The position numbers and the translations under genes are program-made. A stretch of DNA of 64,000 nt, taken from positions 20,522,001-20,586,000 of the forward strand of contig OZ024749.1 of NCBI GenBank assembly GCA_964016885.1, in the 5' to 3' direction. The first letter of the stretch is position 1. Each line of letters opens with the position of its first letter. This document shows positions 54,301-64,000 of this stretch, one piece after another. The DNA is from Eledone cirrhosa. Lineage: Eukaryota. The notes under the pieces were generated by a model. The model searched no databases, was not told the origin of the DNA, and saw only the letters and a list, made by a program, of their open reading frames with translations.

Positions 54301-57300
54301 TACTTACAGCTAGGTGGACTGTGACTGTTGAAAGTACAGTGGACTATACCAGACTGTGGTACCTACTTACAGCTAGGTGGACTATACCACACTGTGGTAC
54401 GTACTTACAGCTAGGTAGATTGTGACTGTTGACAGTACAGTGGACTATACCATACTGTGGTACCTACTTACAGCTAAGTGGACTGTGACTGTTGGCACAG
54501 TACAGTGGACTATACCAAACTGTGGTACCTGCTTACAGCTAGCTGGACTGTGACTGTTGACAGTACAGTGGACTCTACCATACTGTGGTACCTACTTACA
54601 GCTAGGTGGACTGTGACTGTTGGCACAGTACAGTGGACTATACCATACTGTGGTACCTACTTACAGCTAGGTGGACTGTGACTGTTGACAGTACAGTGGA
54701 CTATACCATACTGTGGTACCTACTTACAGCTAGGTGGACTGTGACTGTTGACATAGTACAGTGGACTATACCATACTGTGGTACCTACTTACAGCTAGGT
54801 GGACTATACCACACTGTGGTACCTACTTAGAGCTAGGTGGACTGTGACTGTTGACATAGTACAGTGGACTATACCATACTGTGGTGCCTACTTACAGCTA
54901 GGTGGACTGGGACTGTTGGCACAGTACAGAGGACTATACCATACTGTGGTACCTACTTACAGCTAGCTGGACTGAGCTGTTGACATAGTACAGTGGACTA
55001 TACCATACTGTGGTACCTACTTACAGCTAGGTGAACTGTGACTGTTGACAGTACAGTGGACTATACCAGACTGTGGTCCCTACTTACAGCTAGGTGGACT
55101 GAGCTGTTGACAGTACAGTGGACTATACCATACTGTGGTAGCTACTTACAGCTAGGTGGACTGTGACTGTAGGCACAGTACAGTGGACTATACCAGACTG
55201 TGGTACCTACTGACAGCTAGGTGGACTGAGATGTTGACATAGTACAGTGGACTATACCATACTGTGGTACCTACTTACAGCTAGGTGGACTGTGACTGTT
55301 GACAGTACAGTGGACTATACCATACTGTGGTGCCTACTCACAGCTAGGTGGACTGTGACTGTTGACATAGTAGAGTGGACTATACCATACTGTGGTACCT
55401 ACTTACAGCTAGGTGGACTGTGACTGTTGACAGTACAGTGGACTATACCATACTGTGGTACCTACTTACAGCATGGTGGACTATACCACACTGTGGTACC
55501 TACTTACAGCTAGGTGGACTGTGACTGTTGAAAGTACAGTGGACTATACCACACTGTGGTACCTACTTACAGCTAGGTAGACTGTGACTGTTGACAGTAC
55601 AGTGGACTATACCATACTGTGGTACCTACTTACAGCTAAGTGGACTGTGACTGTTGGCACAGTACAGTGGACTATACCATACTGTGGTACCTACTTACAG
55701 CTAGCTGGACTGTGACTGTTGACAGTACAGTGGACTATACCATACTGTGGTACCTACTTACAGCTAGGTGGACTGTGACTGTTGGCACAGTACAGTGGAC
55801 TATACCATACTGTGGTACCTACTTACAGCTAGGTGAACTGTGACTGTTGGCACAGTACAGTGGACTATACCATACTGTGGTACCTACTTACACCTAGGTG
55901 GACTGTGACTGTTGGCACAGTACAGTGGAATATATCATATAGTGGTACCTACTTACAGCTAGGTGGACTGTGACTGTTGACACTACAGTGGACTATACCA
56001 CACTGTGGTACCTACTTACAGCTAGATGGACTGTGACTGTTGACAGTACAGTGGACTATACCATATTGTGGTACCTACTTACAGGTAGGTGGACTGTGAC
56101 TGTTGACATAGTACAGTGGACTATACCATACTGTGGTGCCTACTTACAGCTAGGTGGACTGTGACTGTTGACAGTACAGTGGACTATACCATAATGTGGT
56201 GCCTACTTACAGCTAGGTGGACTATGACTGTTGACATAGTACAGTGGACTATACCATACTGTGGTACCTATTTACAGCTAGGTGGACTGTGACTGTTGAC
56301 AGTACAGTGGACAATACCAGACTGTGGTACCTACTTACAGCTAGGTGGACTGTGACTGTTGGCACAGTACAGTGGACTATACCATACTGTGGTGCCTACT
56401 TACAGCTAGGTGGACTGTTACTGTTGACATAGTACAGTGGACTATTCCATACTGTGGTACCTACTTACAGGTAGGTGGACTGTGACTGTTGACAGTACAG
56501 TGGACTATACCATACTGTGGTACCTACTTACAGCTAGGTGGACTGAGCTGTTGACATAGTACAGTGGACTATACCATACTGTGGTACCTACTTACAGCTA
56601 GGTGGACTGTGACTGTTGACAGTACAGTGGACTATACCATACTGTGGTACCTACTTACAGCTAGGTGGACTGTGACTGTTGACATATTACAGTGGACTAT
56701 ACCATACTGTGGTACCTACTTACAGCTAGGTGCACTGTGACTGTTGACATAGTACAGTGGACTATACCAACTGTGGTACCTACTTACAGCTAGGTAGACT
56801 GAGCTGTTGAGATAGTACAGTGGACTATACCATACTGTGGTACCTACTTACAGCTAGGTGGACTGTGACTGTTGACAGTACAGTGGACTATACCATACTG
56901 TGGTACCTACTTACAGCTAGGTGGACTGTGACTGTTGACATAGTACAGTGGACTATACCAACTGTGGTACCGACTTACATCTAGCTGGACTTAGCTGTTG
57001 ACATAGTACAGTGGACTATACCATACTGTGGTACCTACTTACAGCTAGGTGGACTGTGACTGTTGACAGTACAGTGGACTATACCAGACTGTGGTACCTA
57101 CTTACAGCTAGGTGGACTGTGACTGTTGGAACAGTACAGTGGACTATACCATACTGTGGTGCCTACTTACAGCTAGGTGGACTGTGACTGTTGACAGTAC
57201 AGTGGACTATACCATACTGTGGTACCTACTTACAGCTAGGTGGAGTGTGACTGTTGACATAGTACAGTGGACTATACCATACTGTGGTACCTACTTACAG

Positions 57301-58050
57301 CTAGGTGGAATGTGACTGTTGACATAGTACAGTGGACTATACCATACTGTGGTACCTACTTACAGCTAGGTGGACTGTGACTGTTGACATAGTACAGTGG
57401 ACTATACCAAACTGTGGTACCTACTTACAGCTAGGTGGACTGTGACTGTTGACAGTACAGTGGACTATACCATACTGTGGTACCTACTTACAGCTAGGTG
57501 GACTGTGACTGTTGACATAGTACAGTGGACTATACCATACTGTGGTACCTACTTACAGCTAGGTGGACTGAGCTGTTGACATAGTACAGTGGACTATACC
57601 ATACTGTTGTACCTACTTACAGATAGGTAGACTGAGCTGTTGACATAGTACAGTGGACTATACCATACTGTGGTACCTACTTACAGCTAGGTGGACTGTG
57701 ACTGTTGACAGTACAGTGGACTATACCATACTGTGGTACCTACTTACAGCTAGGTGGACTGTGACTGTTGACATAGTACAGTGGACTATACCAACTGTGG
57801 TACCTACTTACAGCTAGCTGGACTGAGCTGTTGACATAGTACAGTGGACTATACCATACTGTGGTACCTACTTACAGCTAGCTGGACTGTGACTGTTGAC
57901 AGTACAATGGACTATACCATACTGTGGTACCTACTTACAGCTAGGTGGACTGTGACTGTTGACATAGTACAGTGGACTATACCAACTGTGGTACCTACTT
58001 ACAGCTAGGTGGACTGAGCTGTTGACATAGTACAGTGGACTATACCATAC
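30400..58050. repeat. About five copies of a variable 5.0-6.1-kb higher-order repeat
   Basis: The marker GGGACTGTTGGCACAGTACAGAGG lies at 32521, 37814, 43820, 48930 (GGAACTG form) and 54909, giving spacings of 5293, 6006, 5110 and 5979. ORF twin series are 33919/39149/45218/51197/56244 and 34816/40495/46434/52413/57397. Confidence 0.88.
49250..51080. repeat. Local ~0.87-0.93-kb tandem duplication inside one 5-6-kb unit
   Basis: ORF twins are 49396/50265 (869), 49661/50593 and 49991/50923 (932). The GTGGAATATATC marker is at 49946 and 50878. The sum 5110+869 equals the observed 5979 spacing. Confidence 0.82.
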
Positions 58051-58055
58051 TGTTC

Positions 58056-61000
58056 TACCTACTTACAGCTAGGTGGACTGTGACTGCTGACAGTACAGTG
58101 GACTATACCATACTGTGGTACCTACTTACAGCTAGGTGGACTGTGACTGTTGACATAGTACAGTGGACTATACCATACTGTGGTACCTACTTACAGCTAG
58201 GTAGACTATACCACACTGTGGTACCTACTTAGAGCTAGGTGGACTGTGACTATTGACATAGTACAGTGGACTATACCATACTGTGGTGCCTACTTACAGC
58301 TAGGTGGACTGTGACTGTTGGCACAGTACAGTGGACTATACCAGGCTGTGGTACCTACTTACAGCTAGGTGGACTGTGACTCTTGACAGTACAGTGGACT
58401 ATACCAGACTGTGGTCCCTACTTACAGCTAGGTGGACTGAGCTGTTGACAGTACAGTGGACTATACCATACTGTGGTAGCTACTTACAGCTAGGTGGACT
58501 GTGACTGTTGGCACAGTACAGTGGACTATACCAGACTGTGGTACCTACTGACAGCTAGGTGGACTGAGATGTTGACATAGTACAGTGGACTATACCATAC
58601 TGTGGTTCCTACTTACAGCTAGGTGGACTGTGACTTTTGACAGTACAGTGGACTATACCATACTGTGGTGCCTACTTACAGCTAGGTGGACTGTGACTGT
58701 TGACATAGTAGAGTGGACTATACCATACTGTGGTACCTACTTACAGCTAGGTGGACTGTGACTGTTGACAGTACAGTGGACTATACCATACTGTGGTACA
58801 TACTTACAGCTAGGTGGACTGTGACTGTTGACAGTACAGTGGACTATACCATACTGTGGTACCTACTTACAGCTAGGTGGACTGTGACTTTTGACAGTAC
58901 AATGGACTATACCATACTGTGGTGCCTACTTACAGCTACGTGGACTGTGACTGTTGACATAGTAGAGTGGACTATACCATACTGTGGTACCTACTTACAG
59001 CTAGGTGGACTGTGACTGTTGACACTACAGTGGACTATACCACACTGTGGTACCTACTTACAGCTAGATGGACTGTGACTGTTGACAGTACAGTGGACTA
59101 TACCATATTGTGGTACCTACTTACAGCTAGGTGGACTGTGACTGTTGACATAGTACAGTGGACTATACCATACTGTGGTGCCTACTTACAGCTAGGTGGA
59201 CTGTGACTGTTGACAGTACAGTGGACTATACCATACTGTGGTGCCTACTTACAGCTAGGTGGACTATGACTGTTGACATAGTACAATGGACTATACCATA
59301 CTGTGGTACCTACTTACAGCTAGGTGGACTGTGACTGTTGACATAGTACAGTGGACTATACCAACTGTGGTACCTACTTACAGCTAGGTGGACTGAGCTG
59401 TTGACATAGTACAGTGGACTATACCATACTGTTCTACCTACTTACAGCTAGGTGGACTGTGACTGTTGACAGTACAGTGGACTATACCATACTGTGGTAC
59501 CTACTTACAGCTAGGTGGACTGTGACTGTTGACATAGTACAGTGGACTATACCATACTGTGGTACCTACTTACAGCTAGGTGGACTATACCACACTGTGG
59601 TACCTACTTAGAGCTAGGTGGACTGTGACTATTGACATAGTACAGTGGACTATACCATACTGTGGTGCCTACTTACAGCTAGGTGGACTGTGACTGTTGG
59701 CACAGTACAGTGGACTATACCATACTGTGGTACCTACTTACAGCTAGGTGGACTGTGAGTCTTGACAGTACAGTGGACTATACCAGACTGTGGTCCCTAC
59801 TTACAGCTAGGTGGACTGAGCTGTTGACAGTACAGTGGACTATACCATACTGTGGTAGCTACTTACAGCTAGGTGGACTGTGACTGTTGGCACAGTACAG
59901 TGGACTATACCAGACTGTGGTACCTACTGACAGCTAGGTGGACTGAGATGTTGATATAGTACAGTGGACTATACCATACTGTGGTACCTACTTACAGCTA
60001 GGTGGACTGTGACTGCTGACAGTACAGTGGACTATACCATACTGTGGTACCTACTTACAGCTAGGTGGACTGTGACTGTTGACATAGTACAGTGGACTAT
60101 ACCATACTGTGGTACCTACTTACAGCTAGGTAGACTATACCACACTGTGGTACCTACTTAGAGCTAGGTGGACTGTGACTATTGACATAGTACAGTGGAC
60201 TATACCATACTGTGGTGCCTACTTACAGCTAGGTGGACTGTGACTGTTGGCACAGTACAGTGGACTATACCAGGCTGTGGTACCTACTTACAGCTAGGTG
60301 GACTGTGACTCTTGACAGTACAGTGGACTATACCAGACTGTGGTCCCTACTTACAGCTAGGTGGACTGAGCTGTTGACAGTACAGTGGACTATACCATAC
60401 TGTGGTAGCTACTTACAGCTAGGTGGACTGTGACTGTTGGCACAGTACAGTGGACTATACCAGACTGTGGTACCTACTGACAGCTAGGTGGACTGAGATG
60501 TTGACATAGTACAGTGGACTATACCATACTGTGGTTCCTACTTACAGCTAGGTGGACTGTGACTTTTGACAGTACAGTGGACTATACCATACTGTGGTGC
60601 CTACTTACAGCTAGGTGGACTGTGACTGTTGACATAGTAGAGTGGACTATACCATACTGTGGTACCTACTTACAGCTAGGTGGACTGTGACTGTTGACAG
60701 TACAGTGGACTATACCATACTGTGGTACATACTTACAGCTAGGTGGACTGTGACTGTTGACAGTACAGTGGACTATACCATACTGTGGTACCTACTTACA
60801 GCTAGGTGGACTGTGACTTTTGACAGTACAATGGACTATACCATACTGTGGTGCCTACTTACAGCTACGTGGACTGTGACTGTTGACATAGTAGAGTGGA
60901 CTATACCATACTGTGGTACCTACTTACAGCTAGGTGGACTGTGACTGTTGACACTACAGTGGACTATACCACACTGTGGTACCTACTTACAGCTAGATGG

Positions 61001-61943
61001 ACTGTGACTGTTGACAGTACAGTGGACTATACCATATTGTGGTACCTACTTACAGCTAGGTGGACTGTGACTGTTGACATAGTACAGTGGACTATACCAT
61101 ACTGTGGTGCCTACTTACAGCTAGGTGGACTGTGACTGTTGACAGTACAGTGGACTATACCATACTGTGGTGCCTACTTACAGCTAGGTGGACTATGACT
61201 GTTGACATAGTACAATGGACTATACCATACTGTGGTACCTACTTACAGCTAGGTGGACTGTGACTGTTGACATAGTACAGTGGACTATACCAACTGTGGT
61301 ACCTACTTACAGCTAGGTGGACTGAGCTGTTGACATAGTACAGTGGACTATACCATACTGTTCTACCTACTTACAGCTAGGTGGACTGTGACTGTTGACA
61401 GTACAGTGGACTATACCATACTGTGGTACCTACTTACAGCTAGGTGGACTGTGACTGTTGACATAGTACAGTGGACTATACCATACTGTGGTACCTACTT
61501 ACAGCTAGGTGGACTATACCACACTGTGGTACCTACTTAGAGCTAGGTGGACTGTGACTATTGACATAGTACAGTGGACTATACCATACTGTGGTGCCTA
61601 CTTACAGCTAGGTGGACTGTGACTGTTGGCACAGTACAGTGGACTATACCATACTGTGGTACCTACTTACAGCTAGGTGGACTGTGAGTCTTGACAGTAC
61701 AGTGGACTATACCAGACTGTGGTCCCTACTTACAGCTAGGTGGACTGAGCTGTTGACAGTACAGTGGACTATACCATACTGTGGTAGCTACTTACAGCTA
61801 GGTGGACTGTGACTGTTGGCACAGTACAGTGGACTATACCAGACTGTGGTACCTACTGACAGCTAGGTGGACTGAGATGTTGATATAGTACAGTGGACTA
61901 TACCATACTGTGGTACCTACTTACAGCTAGGTGGACTGTGACT
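58056..61943. repeat. Near-perfect 1929-bp tandem duplication
   Basis: GACTGCTGAC is at 58082 and 60011, CCAGGCTG and AGCTACGTGG occur in both copies, and six ORF twins are all offset by 1929 (58035/59964 through 59683/61612). Confidence 0.92.
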
Positions 61944-64000
61944 TTTGACAGTACAATGGACTATACCATACTGTGGTGCCTACTTACAGCTAGCTGGACT
62001 GTGACTGTTGACATAGTAGAGTGGACTATACCATACTGTGGTACCTACTTACAGCTAGGTGGACTGTGACTGTTGACAGTACAGTGGACTATACCATACT
62101 GTGGTACATACTTACAGCTAGGTGAACTGTGACTGTTGGCACAGTACAGTGGACTATACCATACTGTGGTACCTACTTACAGCTAGGTGGACTGTGACTG
62201 TTGGCACAGTACAGTGGAATATATCATATAGTGGTACCTACTTACAGCTAGGTGGACTGTGACTGTTGACACTACAGTGGACTATACCACACTGTGGTAC
62301 CTACTTACAGCTAGATGGACTGTGACTGTTGACAATACAGTGGACTATACCATATTGTGGTACCTACTTACAGCTAGGTGGACTGTGACTGTTGACATAG
62401 TACAGTGGACTATAAGATACTGTGGTGCCTACTTACAGCTAGGTGGACTGTGACTGTTGACAGTACAGTGGACTATACCATACTGTGGTGCCTACTTACA
62501 GCTAGGTGGACTATGACTGTTGACATAGTACAGTGGACTATACCATACTGTGGTACCTACTTACAGCTAGGTGGACTGTGACTGTTGACATAGTACAGTG
62601 GACTATACCATACTGTTCTACCTACTTACAGCTAGGTGGACTGTGACTGTTGACAGTACAGTGGACTATACCATACTGTGGTACCTACTTACAGCTAGGT
62701 GGACTGTGACTGTTGACATAGTACAGTGGACTATACCATACTGTGGTACCTACTTACAGCTAGGTGGACTATACCACACTGTGGTACCTACTTAGAGCTA
62801 GGTGGACTGTGACTATTGACATAGTACAGTGGACTATACCATACTGTGGTGCCTACTTACAGCTAGGTGGACTGTGACTGTTGGCACAGTACAGTGGACT
62901 ATACCATACTGTGGTACCTACTTACAGTTAGGTGGACTGTGACTCTTGACAGTACAGTGGACTATACCAGACTGTGGTCCCTACTTACAGCTAGGTGGAC
63001 TGAGCTGTTGACAGTACAGTGGACTATACCATACTGTGGTAGCTACTTACAGCTAGGTGGACTGTGACTGTTGGCACAGTACAGTGGACTATACCAGACT
63101 GTGGTACCTACTGACAGCTAGGTGGACTGAGATGTTGATATAGTACAGTGGACTATACCATACTGTGGTACCTACTTACAGCTAGGTGGACTGTGACTTT
63201 TGACAGTACAATGGACTATACCATACTGTCGTGCCTACTTACAGCTAGGTGGACTGTGACTGTTGACATAGTAGAGTGGACTATACCATACTGTGGTACC
63301 TACTTACAGCTAGGTGGACTGCGACTGTTGACAGTACAGTGGACTATACCATACTGTGGTACATACTTACAGCTAGGTGAACTGTGACTGTTGGCACAGT
63401 ACAGTGGACTATACCATACTGTGGTACCTACTTACAGCTAGGTGGACTGTGACTGTTGGCACAGTACAGTGGAATATATCATATAGTGGTACCTACTTAC
63501 AGCTAGGTGGACTGTGACTGTTGACACTACAGTGGACTATACCACACTGTGGTACCTACTTACAGCTAGATGGACTGTGACTGTTGACAGTACAGTGGAC
63601 TATAACATATTGTGGTACCTACTTACAGCTAGGTGGACTGTGACTGTTGACATAGTACAGTGGACTATACCATACTGTGGTGCCTACTTACAGCTAGGTG
63701 GACTGTGACTGTTGACAGTACAGTGGACTATACCATACTGTGGTGCCTACTTACAGCTAGGTGGACTATGACTGTTGACATAGTACAGTGGACTATACCA
63801 TACTGTGGTACCTACTTACAGCTAGGTGGACTGTGACTGTTGACATAGTACAGTGGACTATACCAACTGTGGTACCTACTTACAGCTAGGTGGACTGAGC
63901 TGTTGACATAGTACAGTGGACTATACCATACTGTTCTACCTACTTACAGCTAGGTGGACTGTGACTGTTGACAGTACAGTGGACTATACCATACTGTGGT
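61340..64000. repeat. ~1.26-1.32-kb higher-order repeat at the right end
   Basis: ORF twins 61343/62598, 61612/62867 and 62259/63514 are offset by 1255. The next CTGTTCTACC monomer starts at 63916 (1318 = 1255+63). Confidence 0.82.

Larger units (their letters stand above)
1..64000. repeat. Tandem satellite/minisatellite array, 63-bp consensus monomer (common variants 62-65 bp), about 1,000 head-to-tail copies, running off both window ends
   Basis: The unit GTGGACTATACCATACTGTGGTACCTACTTACAGCTAGGTGGACTGTGACTGTTGACAGTACA recurs continuously on every line in one orientation. A clean copy is at 811-873. Copy number is estimated as 64000/~64. Confidence 0.99.

Noticed and set aside
1781-62801. 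RAG recombination signal or Transib-like heptamers (CACTGTG in the CCACACT allele, CACAGTG in GCACAGCACAGTG)
   Set aside because: No ACAAAAACC-like nonamer lies at 12 or 23 bp, and exact heptamers occur only in minority alleles.
748-63708. Over 100 plus-strand ORFs encoding repeats of VDYTILWYLLTARWTVTVDST
   Set aside because: They arise because 63 is divisible by 3 and one frame has no stop. The starts are mostly GTG/TTG/CTG inside the repeat. The abundant 64- and 65-bp monomers frameshift every ORF within at most 143 codons, which shows no selection to keep the frame.
1-64000. Complete absence of minus-strand ORFs as a sign of coding-strand bias
   Set aside because: The reverse complement of the consensus has a TAG stop in all three frames of each monomer, so the asymmetry is trivial.
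1-64000. CRISPR-like array (38-bp palindromic A as repeat, 24-27-bp B as spacer)
   Set aside because: The B segments are near-identical variants of one sequence, not unique spacers. There is no leader and there are no cas genes.
1-64000. CENP-B box or telomeric repeat
   Set aside because: The CENP-B box needs TTCG and CGGG cores, and the consensus has no CpG. TAGG occurs once per monomer but never as tandem TTAGG or TTAGGG.
1-64000. Sequencing or rolling-circle concatemer artefact
   Set aside because: Variants recur in ordered, nested, position-specific haplotypes at fixed offsets. Random read error or copying of one small circle would not produce that, though individual duplications could still be misassembled.

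Overview
The whole 64-kb window is one uninterrupted head-to-tail tandem repeat array (satellite or long minisatellite, roughly 1,000 monomers). I see no unique sequence, gene, RNA gene, transposon insertion or inversion. The consensus monomer is 63 bp (GTGGACTATACCATACTGTGGTACCTACTTACAGCTAG-GTGGACTGTGACTGTTGACAGTACA; 29/63 G+C, no CpG). It consists of a 38-bp A module and a 24-27-bp B module that both begin with GTGGACT, so most monomers are 62-65 bp. Recurrent variant monomers reveal nested higher-order repeats (offsets about 0.9, 1.26, 1.3, 1.9, 2.2, 3.45, 5-6 and 7.55 kb) and two sub-domains that switch at about 30-32 kb. All listed ORFs are by-products of one stop-free frame in the 63-mer. 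The look is that of eukaryotic satellite DNA, but I cannot name the family or organism, and the sequence alone does not support a new gene-based system. The notable points are structural: a monomer made almost entirely of short inverted repeats, module-level shuffling and a readable expansion history. Coordinates were read by eye, and block boundaries are approximate to about one monomer.
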